DNA from: Epithemia pelagica
Taxonomy: Eukaryota > Protista > Bacillariophyta
NCBI GenBank assembly: GCA_946965045.2
Contig: OX337233.1
Coordinates: 806,001 to 870,000 of the forward strand
Length of the DNA: 64,000 bases
Reading direction: 5' to 3'
The notes under the pieces are model-generated. The model was given only the letters and a program-made list of their open reading frames with translations. It was not told the DNA's origin and made no database searches. Shown piece by piece: positions 34,705 to 47,849 of the stretch. A program made the translations under genes and the position numbers. How positions within the stretch are numbered: the first letter of the stretch is position 1; each line of letters begins with the position of its first letter.

Positions 34705-35430
34705 GGTTCGGGATTTTTCGTCTAGACAGAAAGAAACAACAACGAACTGTCATATGGAACTGGAACCGTTTGATATCCTGGCAACAAGAAAAGGACCGGC
34801 GGGAAGGAATGCACCACTCTATTCTAACAACTGTAGGTGGTTTCTAGAGATACAAAATATCTTCCAGGGTTTTGCTTGTCTTGCACCTTTTCGTTGCCAG
34901 CTTTCCTCCCTGAACACCTTATTCCTTGTGCTATTAGGGAGAGGTTCTTGCCAGTGGCGTTGTTGTACCTCCTTTCCCCTGTTCTCCGGCCTCATCCCAT
35001 TGTGGCTGCCATCTGCCAAGCCACAAACTGAGTCTGGAACGGCATGGCGACGCATATATTTTGCTCCCTAGCGGATATTCTGAGCTGGTATACTTCGATC
35101 AGTCATGTAGATTCAACTTTTGCCTGGCGAAAAATAGACTCGAACCACTGGGGTGTAAACGGGAACTATGCTGTCTATGTACGGATTACGGATAGCTATG
35201 CGAAGCGCTCTTTTTTCGCTGTCTCTTTCTCTACCTATGGTCCTCTTTCAAGTCGCTTTGATTGGAAGGAGTCCAATTTTTACTCCATGTGGAGTCCATG
35301 TGGAGAACATTCGATCAGGTTTTGCTTGTTAAGGGCAGTCAACCAAACCGGGATGCAGAGCTGTACCAAGGAGAACTCTCTAGAGCTACTCTCTAGGGGC
35401 TGCCCCCTCTCGATTTCATTGAGATTGCTC

Positions 35431-35433
<3 letters not shown>

Positions 35434-35472
<39 letters not shown>

Positions 35473-35485
35473 ACTCTCTCTCTCT
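35434..35485. repeat. (CT)n microsatellite
   Basis: ~50 bp of CT dinucleotide with two CA interruptions. Confidence 0.9.
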
Positions 35486-36087
35486 TTGTTCTCTCAATGC
35501 TCTCTCAATCGCTTGGAACAGGGACTTGTGTGTTTTCTCCATTGCGTACATCGACCGCTAAATTCGCAAAGTCCAGTCTCTCCCTACCGTACCATTCCAC
35601 TAGGTAGATCAGACAGATTGGTCTTGGTTTCCGTTCATTCAATGGGCTTGCAAAGGGAACGATGGACATCCTTGCTCAATATTAGATTCATTTCGGTTTG
35701 GTTTTTTTGGTGCTGTCCCTTAGTTGTCGACATTCGACATAACACATGGCGAATGCTCGTAAAGCATACGAAATACGAACTTGGTGAGACGTGAGACGCT
35801 TTGGGAATGCCATGTCCACCAAGTGTGACTCATATCTAGTGTAGAAAACAAGTCTGTATTCTGTATACTCGTAGAAACTGTGTTTGGATTTGGATGGTCG
35901 GATGACTTGTTTGAATGGATGGTGTTGCCAGTGTCGAGGGTCGAGGACCATGAAAGAGCCTTTTGCGCATTCGGAGGGGTATTGGTAAACAAAGTCTCTC
36001 TTTCTCTCTCTCTTGTGAAAGGAGCAAACAGAAGAAATGAAACAATCGTCATGATGCAAGCAAACAAGTCTCGATAAAAAAGTCACA

Positions 36088-36849
36088 ATGAACCATCGTC
36101 ACCGGGAGAATCGAACCATCAAGCCACTGACGGACCAGGCCGAAGCAGACGAGAAACCTAATGGGAGAGAGATGAGAAGCAAGACAGGCAGTGAAAATCG
36201 AGAGCCGAAAGAAGAAGAAGAATCAGCCTCGCAATCCGTATTTTCGTCGGCACCCTGCATCCAGCAAACCGAAGAAGACGATAAAACAAGTCATTGTCCT
36301 TCTTCACTACTACCAAACAACAGCAAGAACAAGAACAAGAACAAGGACGGTTCTTCACAAGATGCTCCTACTAGAACCGAAATGATTTTGTTGTGGAGTA
36401 CTTCCAGCTCCTCCGTGTTCTCGCAGGAGGTACATCCACATGAAACAGCCTCCAACAATGATTCTGAAAGAGAACCATCTTGTTCATCGGGGAGCCGCAC
36501 AAAACCAACTCGTCTTTCTTCTAATACCACGAGTCCAGATTCCCAACGCAACCATGCTATCTCAGCCAATCCTAGCGTCATCAGCCGAGACCACCACCAA
36601 CATCAGTCGGTTCTCCTTCACAATCAAGCAAACGCTCGTCTCAACAAGCAATCGGATTCTCCATGTCACGCGGACATGATTGTATTGCTGAGCAGTCGTA
36701 GCTCGTCGGTGTTTCATGCCAATGAGGACAATCCTGATCTGGTAACAGGCGTGCGTTTGGACAAGTGTGGTAACAGCTGCCCGGTGGTGATGAAGGAGGA
36801 GAATGAGGAGGATACACGAACTCTCCTATTCGCAGTTCGAATCACCTAA
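36088..36849 (+). CDS. hypothetical low-complexity protein
   Basis: 253-aa ORF with ATG and an internally repeated motif (EMILLWSTSSSSVF / DMIVLLSSRSSSVF). No known domain. Confidence 0.3.
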   Translation: MNHRHRENRTIKPLTDQAEADEKPNGREMRSKTGSENREPKEEEESASQSVFSSAPCIQQTEEDDKTSHCPSSLLPNNSKNKNKNKDGSSQDAPTRTEMILLWSTSSSSVFSQEVHPHETASNNDSEREPSCSSGSRTKPTRLSSNTTSPDSQRNHAISANPSVISRDHHQHQSVLLHNQANARLNKQSDSPCHADMIVLLSSRSSSVFHANEDNPDLVTGVRLDKCGNSCPVVMKEENEEDTRTLLFAVRIT

Positions 36850-38318
36850 AACTATAAATAAGTCTTTCTACAGTTTGTCCATGTGTGAGAAACGGTAGGG
36901 TTGCATCGAATTCGATTCGTTTGAACGTCTGTTGTTGTGGCCCCTGAGAACCTGCATTTCGAGCGGCAATCTTGGAGGTTTTATGTTCCGAATGGAATGA
37001 CATGGCGGCGGTGGACCAAATCAGTGAGGAGAGGTTCTATACTGTCTGCCGCCATCCATCCAGCAGCAAACGTAGGATTCATGGACCTGGCCCTGGGAAA
37101 ACGGTATGGTTGTCATTCACCTGCTGCCGTGGTCTTGGAGAACTTCACCATTTGGGAGTTTCAGAGTGTACCCAATCCTTGATCACAGTGTTGCACTATC
37201 TATATGTAGAAACGAATGGAAGCTCACCGACCGTGGGAGACCAGATCCCACACGGGCATGTCACTGGCGTCGTCGGAGCGCCAAACGTTCGCACACCACA
37301 GACCGTTGGATGGTTCGTTCCGACCAGGTTGCTCTCCCAATCCCACGCATCAACAACAACAGACTCTTTGGGTTGATTGTTGGTTGACTAGTGTGGTACA
37401 GCGATTCCGGTTCCAGATGAGTGTGGAACACAGACGACGAACCTGAATGTTGTTGCGGACGTGCCCGGAATGGATGCATACATGGATCCTCCAGATTCGT
37501 GAGTGGGAGGACCCTTGTTTGGTGGTGTGGTGGCTGTCACCTGGCGCGATCTTGAGAGAGTTTGAACCAGTCAATGGTTCCCTTTTGCTATTGCTATCGC
37601 TGAAAAACGGTATCGTATAATATCATAGGATCTCTCCTGGACCACCCAAAGCACAGTGTATTGTGTCGCAGTACTCGTCCGGTCGGTCTCTCTTTTCAGA
37701 AATGGCGCCAAGCAAGTTGGAGCGCGACGCACTTCCGACCAGGTTGCGCTCCCATCATACGAGGCTCTTGTCTTGTAGGTTTGTGGTTGTCCTGCCAAGT
37801 AGCTTTTCTCTTGTAAGATATGTTGAGGTTTTCTTGGGAAGACGTCGTGCATCCAAAAAGAATGGGATGCAAGCGGGTCCCCCGGCTGTGGTGCACGAGT
37901 TTGCCTGGATTGATAAATCCTCCATGGTCATAATATTTTTCAGTCCGGGCAAACGCGCGGCAACGACCAACCGAAAAATTTGGTGAGTCACGTTTTCTAT
38001 GTCGGGACACAACGGACCGTTGGTCCGTCACTTAAATTATAGGGGCCCGCGAGCCGGTCCTGTGAAGAACGACTTGAAAAAATGAGACCGGGAGCCGCTC
38101 ACAAATCCAACACTCGTGGTTGTTCCGGCAATCCAACAACCGCGTTGGAAGACAGCTCTGTCGGCCTTTCCAAACAATCCAACCACACACAACAACCCAA
38201 TCCAATCCAAACCAAACGGCATCGACTGTTTCTTGGTCTCATTTTCTGGTCGAGTGAGAAAACGAAACATTCCCCATTCGCACCTCTAGTTAGTAGCCAG
38301 TAGAGCACCTCTACGACC

Positions 38319-40808
38319 ATGAAGTTCTTGGTTGCTTGGATGGCCGTAGTGCCCTTGCTGCAATCGACCACGACGACGACCGTGATTGCCGATTCCCTCC
38401 TCTCCCATACCGCCGCATCGACGAGTCCCCATCATGGAGGAGGAGGAGAACAGACCACCACCACACACTTGCGACGATACTTGCAAAAAGGTGGATATCC
38501 CAATGACTATTCCAAGGGAAAGGTAAGTGTATGCGCCAACTTGAAGAAATCGATCCAGAAACTTTCTGAATCGTCACTCATGGTTCGTCGCCTCATTTGG
38601 ATAGGGCAAAGGAAAGGGCAAAGGAGGCGACGATTCCTACTCCAAGGGCAAAAAGAAGTACAAGGTACCGTAAAAACAGACGTTGTGCTTTGCCCTGGAA
38701 TACTATTGATCCAGTCCATCTCACCCTTGTCCTTTATTGTTTTGTCAGGCGGACCAACCCATTTATTCCAAGGGCAAAGGAAAGGTACGTTTTCCATTCA
38801 CTGATTGGAATCACAGTGTTGAATCAACTCGTTCTCTCTCTCACACAAATACGTTTGGTCTCTGGAATATCTCTATACTTTTAGAGAAAAGGCAAGGGGA
38901 AGGGAAAAGGCAAGGGCTACGAGTAAGTGCCTTCGGGAGAGAGAGAGAGAGTTTCCAACGTTGAAGTGTAACGTCCTTGTTCACTCACGCGGCTGCTTTT
39001 CTCGTGTTCCATTCTATAGCTACGATACCGCCAAACCAACGGCCAAACCAGTTGATATGCCAACTTTGAAACCCACGATCAAACCAACCGTGAAACCCAC
39101 GGCCAAACCAACTGACAAACCCACAGCTGAACCAACCTCCAAACCAACTGTCAAACCCACCGTCAAACCAACATCCAAGCCGACCGTTAAACCCACAGCT
39201 GTACCAACCTCCAAACCAACTGTCAAACCCACAGCAGAGCCGACTGCGAAACCAACCGTGAAGCCAACGGCCAAACCCACCGTCAAGCCTACAGCAGAGC
39301 CGACTGCGAAACCAACTGTTAAGCCCACGGTCAAACCAACTGTCAAACCCACAGCTGAACCAACATCCAAACCAACTGTCAAACCCACGGTCAAGCCTAC
39401 AGCAGAGCCGACTGCGAAACCAACAGTCAAACCGACTGCGAAACCTACGGTCAAACCTACGGTAGAGCCGACTGCAAAACCAACCGTGAAGCCCACAGCA
39501 AAACCAACCGTGAAGCCCACAGCAGAGCCGACGGCAAAACCAACTGTGAAGCCGACGGTCAAACCTACTGCAAAACCAACAGTGAAGCCCACAGCTGAAC
39601 CAACCAAAAAGCCGACCGCGAAACCAACTGTCAAACCGACGGTCAAACCTACACCAAAGCCTACACCAAACCCCAACCCTCTAGCGACTCCGGAGCCGAC
39701 TTTGAAGCCTACGCCAAAGCCCTCTCCGAAGCCTACTGACAAAGCTACGCCAAAACCAACTCCGGCGCCAACTGACAAACCAACAGTTAAGCCTACGCCA
39801 AAACCAACACCCAAACCATCTCCGATGCCAACGGACAAGCCGACTGTTAAACCTACACCAAAACCATCTCCGGCACCGACCGATAAGCCAACAGTCAAAC
39901 CAACTCCTAAGCCCACACCAAAACCATCTCCGGCGCCAACTGACAAGCCGACTGTTAAACCTACGCCAAAACCATCTCCGAAACCCACACCAAAACCAAC
40001 TCCTGCGCCGACCGATAAACCAACAGTCAAACCAACCCCTAAACCCACACCAAAACCATCTCCGGCGCCAACTGACAAACCAACAGTCAAACCAACTCCT
40101 AAACCTTCTCCGGCGCCAACGGACAAGCCGACTGTTAAACCTACGCCGAAACCAACTCCTAAGCCCACACCAAAACCATCTCCGGCACCGACCGATAAAC
40201 CAACAGTCAAACCAACTCCTAAGCCCACACCAAAACCGACTGTCAAGCCAACTGCAGCACCGACCGATAAACCAACAGTTAAGCCAACTCCAAAACCGAC
40301 TGCCAAGCCAACCGAAGAGATCACCTCAAAGGGTAAAGGCAAGGGTAAAGGCAAAGGCTATGCGAAAGGCAAAGGCAAGGGATACAATAATGAGCCGTCA
40401 CAATGTCGGTATCGTGTATTCGAGATTGCCCAGATGTGGTCAGGACCTGTTGTTGAACCAGACGGAACAAAGGTTTACGATGTTTCATCAGCGTCAAAGG
40501 ATATGGGCCAGCAATATCCATACACAGGATCAGTGTACAATGAACCCGAGGGAAATGCTGTAGGATGGAACGCTGAGCTCTGTACTCGCCTGGATGACGG
40601 AAACTACTGGCATTGCGAAGGGAACCTGTATGATTTGTACGGATGCTCTGGTCAGTTGAGCTTTTCCGGTGTCTATGACGACAATGCCTACGTCGGCCGT
40701 CTGGTCATTACTGGTGGAACAGGCGACTTCCTTGGAGCTGTTGGTTCTATCTACTCAGAATACGACGAATACTCGGGCTTTGAACTACAAACAATCACCA
40801 TTGAGTAA
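38319..40808 (+). CDS. Secreted mucin-like protein: K/G/Y micro-exons + KPT repeats + dirigent/AOC-like domain (5 exons)
   Basis: Hand-built model with phase-consistent GT-AG introns of 82-100 nt. Exons 38319-38522, 38605-38664 ([20 protein letters not shown]), 38749-38784 ([12 protein letters not shown]), 38885-38922 ([12 protein letters not shown]), 39020-40808. Signal peptide; C-terminal barrel with CTRL, WHCEG and [16 protein letters not shown]. Confidence 0.85.
39031..40315 (+). repeat. Coding tandem repeat ([12 protein letters not shown], then [12 protein letters not shown] units)
   Basis: About 100 four-residue units (12-bp period) with heavy synonymous variation. Confidence 0.95.
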
Positions 40809-41066
40809 CCGCGTTTCCCTTTTTCATGTTTGTTCGTTGTCGCATGTTATCCCGCGACACGTTTTGGACACTATTCATCTTCAGATGTATTGAGCAGGTT
40901 TGTTGGTTTCCATTGATGTGGAGATCTGTAAGACAACCTGCAATTATCAACAATTCACAATGACGAGAGTTACATGAAAGGAGTAGTTTGTTGTCTAATA
41001 TACCATAGCAATTCATGGAATATAAAAGCACACTGTTTTTCGTGATGATGGCAAAAACATCGAAAC

Positions 41067-44000
41067 CTATTTCAATGCAACGCGCTGAACAGAGTTGGCA
41101 ACATCTTCTTTTCGGCTCTTCCCATGCCGAAATCTATCGTAGATATGCTGAAGACGGACTCTCTCAGGTTCGGACAGACCCATTTCCGACGATCGGAGGG
41201 CATGATGCAAGTCATCACTTGATATTAACGGAGTTCCTTCGCTTTCATCCGCATTGGCCCTGATGTGTTCCCGAATCACCCTGATTTGAGCCGTATCGAA
41301 AACCGCCTTAATGTCTGCAGGTGTCATTGCAAGTGGTATACTGTTTGACAGATTTTCCAGGAATGATCCATCAATAAAACTTTGCTCAAGAGCTGGATTT
41401 AGATTGTAATTCGTTGCAACTTTCGCCCACGCATCATCCAATTCACGACGAGAAGAAGGAGGTCCCACGTAGATATGTTTCTCCAGGCGGCCTGGTCGCA
41501 AGAGTGCCGAATCAATCTTATCAGGACGCGAACTGCTCCCAATCACATACACTGTCTTGCCTGCTGATGAGTCCTCTACTCCATCCAGAAATGTTAAGAG
41601 TTGATTCACGACCCGGTCCGTTACACCCGTAAGATCTGATCCTCGGTGCGGAGCCAATGAATCAATCTCATCTAGAAACAAGATTGATGGAGCGGACAGG
41701 TTTGCTCTTTCAAACAACGCTCGTACCTTGGCTTCCGACGCACCCATGTACTTATCGAGAATCTCAGGTCCGCGACATACGATGAGAGGAATACCAACTT
41801 CTCTCGCCAAGGAAGCGGGAAGAACCGTCTTCCCACATCCCGGTGGTCCGAAAAGTAGAATACCTTTGGGAAGTCGAATGCGAGCTGTTTCGTAAATCTG
41901 TCGAAATTTGATGGGCCGCACGACCAGATCAACAAGTGCTTTTTTCGCATCAAACAGTCCACCAATGCTTGTATTCCAATCGGGAAAAGACTCACGTGGT
42001 TCTTCGGATGCCGATCGACGACTGAGTGGAATGTACGACTCGAGTTCTTCCTGAATCGTTGATATCGGATTTGAGGGAGACGGATCCGCATTTCGGCGTT
42101 TCAAGCATCGAGACGCCACCATTTCAATATCTTTGGGCAAAAGATCACGAAGTCTGAATTCGAGTGGGAGTGCACCGGGTGAAGAAGTCATCCCTCCGTC
42201 AAGATTGGGAACTGATGTGTCGTCTTTGCCATAGAGTCCATCATCGACACGTATGAGCTTCTGCAAAAGCTCTACTTTGTTTTGCGTTGTCATAACCGGC
42301 AAAGCAATCCGATGACGTACATAATGTTGTCGAGCAGCAAACATCCATTCGACAGAATTGACATCACGACAGGTAACTACAATGGAGAGCTTATCCGAGG
42401 GAGAAACAAGATTCCTCAAATGATCGCCAATTGCCTTGACTTGTTCCATCTCGGCCGGACTGGTTTGTTCGAATGCTTGTGAGCTACTGGAAATGCCATT
42501 GGACCCTTGTAGATTTGGGCAGATTTCATCCAGATCATCGAGAATGACAAGACAAGGACTTTGACTCGAACGGGCAGACGTGAATAGCTGTGTAAGAGAT
42601 TCCAGTAGTTGTTCTAGTTGTGTCGCGTCATCTTTTTGTTGACGGCAATCATAATAGACTGCACTGGCCTGAAACTTGAAGCGTGCCACAGTGGCAATAA
42701 GCTTGGCGCTGGTTGTTTTACCACTTCCAGATGATCCCGTGAGGAGCATGTGGCAATCCCGCGGTCCATGGAGTGTTTCACAAATGGTTGTCCAACGTGT
42801 CATGGTTGGCATCAAAGTGGGCTCTGGTAGTAGATTCAAGAGGTGGGGTGGTTGTGTAGGAGATACAAGTGAAATGGAATCGTCGTATGATTCTGGAACA
42901 AGGAACGACGCCAAGCGATCCAAGTCCCTGGCAAGAATGAACAAGGGACTGGCATTTCCCGAGACTATTCCAGAAGAGCCCATATCTGACTCGGAGTTGG
43001 AATTGACAACATAGTCAAGCTGAAAGATGCCGTCTCGTCGTTTCACAAGTGCCCCAAGAGTCAGCGGGTCGTCCTTGTCTACATTGGAGAGTGCTGACCA
43101 GGACTCTTTCTCGTCCATGACTTTATTATCCGCGTGGGACGACAAGGAAGCCATGTAATGACTCGTGCCTATCCATGACGATTTAACTACACGAGCTCGA
43201 CGCCATTGCAATCGTACCGTTCCATTCTCCACAAGATGGCACAACTGGGCGGACTGCAGTTGCGCCTCCCACGGCGTCAATGGCTCTATGGACACGCGAC
43301 CTTCGGTTTCAGTGTGTTGTTTGGTAAGATCCAATTGAAGTGCCTGACACTGCAATGGATGAAGGGCTAATTATACATGGAAATCGTATATCGTACAACA
43401 AGAGAGTTTTCAAAACAAAAAAAAACAGTCAAAACCGTGAGTACACAAACCAAACGCTCTGTTTCGGCAACACAGGACACTAGTTTGTACATTTTCTCAG
43501 AATCAATTGGAGGTTGAATAAACGTGGTCCACAAAGTACGATGCATACACATCTTCAGTATTAGCATGGTATTGAATCATCTCGGAAAACGACCGAACGA
43601 CATGGCACGTCATGGCAAAACACACAAAAACGTTGGCGTTCTTCTTACCAATGGATTGCGGCGAGGGTACGGTATTGCAACTTGAAACGCGAACAATCAT
43701 GGATTGCACCAAGGGTGACGGAGCCGCAGTTGCGACCACCGTCTCTTGTCGTTGCAAGGATTGCGTCGTCGTCGTCGTCGTGGAAGTACTGGAGGACTTG
43801 TTGTTCCTGTGGTCCGTCTTGGAATGGACCCGTTGAATCCGAACCAACCCCGAAAACAACAACGAATCCTGCGCTGGTCGTGTCGCATTCTCATCTGCTG
43901 GGTCGCCCATGGTGCTGCACTCTTCTTGTGGACGGTCGTTCCAGTGTCCACGGACTGCCAATTGCTCAAACACCCGTGGGTGAACCAAGACGGTGCAACT

Positions 44001-45571
44001 GGTCGGTACCCAAGGGGGTGGTGAGGATTCGTGTGGCAGCATAGCGCGGCACGAGGGTGCATAATCTTGGAGGGTGGGACAGGGACTCAACCGTATCATT
44101 GACGACGACAATGACGATGATGACGATTCCTGTGGATCGTCGGGTGGATCCACCAGGACCATGCGCACATTGGCCACCAAACGAGCGTAGTTTGGGTTGT
44201 TGGTAGTAATCGGAGTGGTGGTGTGATTCGAGGGTTTGTTGTTGCTGTGATGATTGTCGCGACGGCCATTTGCCATTCCATCTTGTTCGTGTTCTTCTGG
44301 CGTCGGCCATTCGACTTCCCATGCTGGAACAGACCACAACCGTTCCTCTGGCGCAATGTCTTGGTCGTTGTTGTTGTTTCGGTCGCCGTGTATCGGGTCT
44401 TGCGGGTCGTGTTCCTCCTCCTGCGCCAGTGTCGTCGTTGTGGTTTCAATGTGCAAGACACGTGCCCGGCAGATAGTATTCGTCGTCGTCGTCGTGGAAG
44501 ACTGTGGGACGGTCAATTCCACTACTTGATGGACAAAGACGACACTGACTTGGTGCAACCATCCATCCTGTTCCAACCACGTGGCATGGACATGCCACAA
44601 TTCGGCATCGTTGGACGTCAAGGGTTGCAAAACAACCTTGGTTGCCGTGGGAATCCATGGCAGGATGCGAACTCCCACCACTTCAGGTGGTGATGACTGT
44701 CGTTCCGAGGAGATCCAAAAAGACGACGACACTTGCATCATCATTCCATCATCATCATCATCATCATCAGTACCACTGATGGGACGACGGTCCATCACTG
44801 CATCCAGCAACAATCCAAACAGCAAGCAAACAGGAGTTTGAGAAACACTACCAAAGGACCACACAACAATTCAACAACAACAACAACAACAAAGCAACAA
44901 CCTCAGTAGGAAGGCAACAGTAAGGATGGATTCGACACAGTATCAATATTTCCGTGGTAGTGACAAATTCTCTACTGATTCGTCATGGGCTGTCCCAACA
45001 AGCAAGAACGAAACGGAGGGTGGTTTGTGTGTACCAACGTACCTGAATTCGGGGGCAACAAACCTCCATTGTACGAGGCATACCAATACTGGAATGAAGG
45101 AGAATCAGCAGCAGAAGAAGAAGAGTCCACACGTGTCGTTTCAGGCCGATTGACCTCGACCACAAGTTCCAGGGGCAAAAAGTCAATTGTTTGGGCCAAG
45201 GACGAAACCATTATATCCAATTTTCTTGAATAGTTGTCCTGATGGTCGGCCAGAATGGAGGCCAGAGACCAGTCCGTCGTTGGTGCGTTCTTGTTGTTCT
45301 TGTTGTTTGGAGCCGACGGTTGGTCCAGGGCATCCTGAAGCAAGGCACACAGCGTGGCCGGTGGAAATCGCACAAAGAGATTGTTGTGGGACGGTTGCAA
45401 CCGTGGTTGCGGAACAAGCGAGCTGTCAAAGCAGTGACACCAACGATAATAGGGTTCATCCGAACCGAATTGTGGTGGTGATGATGATGGTGCGTCGTTG
45501 TTGTCGTTGTCCGAATGTGATGTGACAACCACGTCCGGGTTGTTGTTGTGGTCCAACGGATGGCGACTCAT
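41067..45571 (-). CDS. PEX1: Peroxisome biogenesis AAA ATPase PEX1 (3 exons)
   Basis: Exons 45571-45043, 44797-43649, 43366-41067; both introns GT-AG phase 1; total 1326 codons. N-domain motifs (NLFVRFP...YASYNGG; KVVLQPLTSNDAELWHVHATWLEQ), D1 Walker A GSSGSGKT, and D2 IGGLFDAK...GILLFGPPGCGKT...PEILDKYMGASE...FLDEIDSLAPHRGSDLTGVTDRVVNQLLTFLDGVE. Confidence 0.92.
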
Positions 45572-46298
45572 GGTGTTGTTGTTTGTCTCTGTTCCTCCTG
45601 TTGTCGAGTCTACTTGGTGCGTCAAGTTTCACATACTACGATTGCGGACGGTTCCAGTCGTTTGGTCCTTTCTTCTTTGTGTATGTCGTCGCGTCTCTTC
45701 CATGGCCGTTTGTGTGGTTCTTCCCAAAAAAGATCGCTCCCGCGATCGCACATTTGTCTCGTGCCGCGGGACAGACGGACAGATTGCGCAATCCCCCCCA
45801 ACAAGAGTCTTTGCACGCGGGCTGAGTCTGAGAATCTTCGTCATTTTTTATTCGCCACCCCCGCTTTGTCATTTTTGTGTTGCCGACTCGGAGGCCATAG
45901 AGTCGTTGTGATTGGAAGGTTGAAACGTTGGAAGCACAAGTCGCTTTGGGGTCTCTATCAACAATCAACACAACATATTATGGGGAATGGGGAGCGAATG
46001 GTGCTATTCCCCCCACACGAATGAGGGACCTTTTACGAACGAAATAGTAGCCAAAGATACCCTGCCGCCAATCGCCAAGTCTTCTTCATTTATTCACTTA
46101 GGAACCAAGATGCTCAATCAGTTCGTGTGCCAAGTGTCATTTACAAGCATCCCGCCAATCCATCTTCTTGTCGTCGTCTTGTAAAAAACGAAAGAGAGAG
46201 AGATGCCTCTTTTTCTCTTCAGTCATAAATTTTCGTCTCCTCGCTCCGAGTGATATCATCAAAAGGCGACACCACTGTATCAACCAAACAACAACACC

Positions 46299-47849
46299 AT
46301 GACTGTCCTTCGATTCCTTTGTCTCGTCCTTTTGACCATGACCATGATGACGACCACCACGGTGGCCTTTGACTCGTCGTCACTGGTACAAACCCCCGAA
46401 GAACAGCAACAAGAACAACTAGAGGTTGACTCCGAAGAACGCACACTCGAGGTAGGCAAAAACACTGGATGGTATGGTGATACGGATGGATCCATGGATT
46501 GGTATATCTCATGTCTCGTTTGTGTGTTGTTGTTCTTTTTTTTATATCCTATTCTATTATACGTAGTACTACAAGGGTGGAAAAGGCAAGGGAAAAGGAT
46601 ACGACAGTGACTACGACTCTGGCAAGGGAAAAGGCAAAAAGGAAAAGGTACGTCACATACTGCGACAATGCCCGACCGACAAACACACAAATCACTCACT
46701 GTCGTTTCGGTTGTGACCATAATATATAGTACAAGGGCAAGGGCTACCAGGGCTACTATTACTACGGCAAGGGCAAAGGCTATAAGGTACGTCGTGTTTC
46801 GGAAATCCTCGTTGTCATGGTGGTGCCCCACTACTACTACAACCAATGTTTCCTCTCTCATTCTCACTCACACTTGTTTTATCCGGACCACCATAGCCTA
46901 CCAACAAACCTTCTACCTCTCCCAGCGATGTACTGACCGATGTACCCAGCGACGTGCCCTCCAGCAAACCCACCAGTAAACCCACGCCCAAACCCACTCC
47001 GGCCCCTACCGCGGCACCGACGGCCAAACCAACTCCCAAACCCACTCCGGCTCCGACCGCGGCACCGACGGCCAAACCAACTCCCAAACCCACTCCGGCT
47101 CCGACTGCGGCACCGACGGCCAAACCAACTCCCAAACCCACTCCTGCTCCTACGGCTAGTCCGACTGGCAAACCCACGCCCAAACCAACTCCTGCCCCCA
47201 CCGCCAGTCCCACCGGCAAACCCACGCCCAAACCAACTCCGGCTCCCACTGTCAAACCCACTGTCAAACCCGTGGAAACCTACAAATACGTGGCACCCGC
47301 CACGGACGACAAATGCAAGGGAACCTTTAAAGTGGTCGAGGTACGAATCCGTCTTTTGTGTGTGCACAAGAATCGTTCATGGGTGGTTCCGTATCCTAAC
47401 CGCGTGTATTGTGTCGGACTTCCTTCGTCTTGTTGTTGTTGTTGTTGTTCTTCTTCTTCTTCTCGTCTTGTGTGCAGTACTGGAACGACCCGATTGTGGA
47501 ACCCAATGGTAACATTGTCACGGACGCCAAATATGCCAGTTCTCTCATGGGACAACGTTGGTCCTTTACGGGAGATGTCCTGGACGACCAAGGCCACGCG
47601 GTGGGCAAGGCGGTGGAAACCTGTTCTCGTCTCAACAAGCGGGACAAGTGGAGTTGCGATGGTACCATGATCAATTTGCATGGGTGTCATGGATTGCTCA
47701 CCTTTACCGGACCCTTTTCCGACTTGGTCTTGGGCGGCAAGTATGTCATTACCGGTGGAACAGGAGCCTTTGACGGTGTGACGGGATACATTTCCGAAAC
47801 CTTTCACTACTCCGATCTCTATGCCTACCGAACCATTGTCATTCGATAA
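46299..47849 (+). CDS. Second secreted K/G/Y micro-exon + PT-repeat + dirigent/AOC-like protein (5 exons)
   Basis: Exons 46299-46451, 46567-46647 ([27 protein letters not shown]), 46730-46786 (YKGKGYQGYYYYGKGKGYK), 46897-47340, 47478-47849. All introns are phase-0 GT-AG of 82-137 nt. Signal peptide, [12 protein letters not shown] repeats, C-terminal domain aligning with that of 38319-40808 (CSRL, WSCDG, VITGGTGAFDG). Confidence 0.85.
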
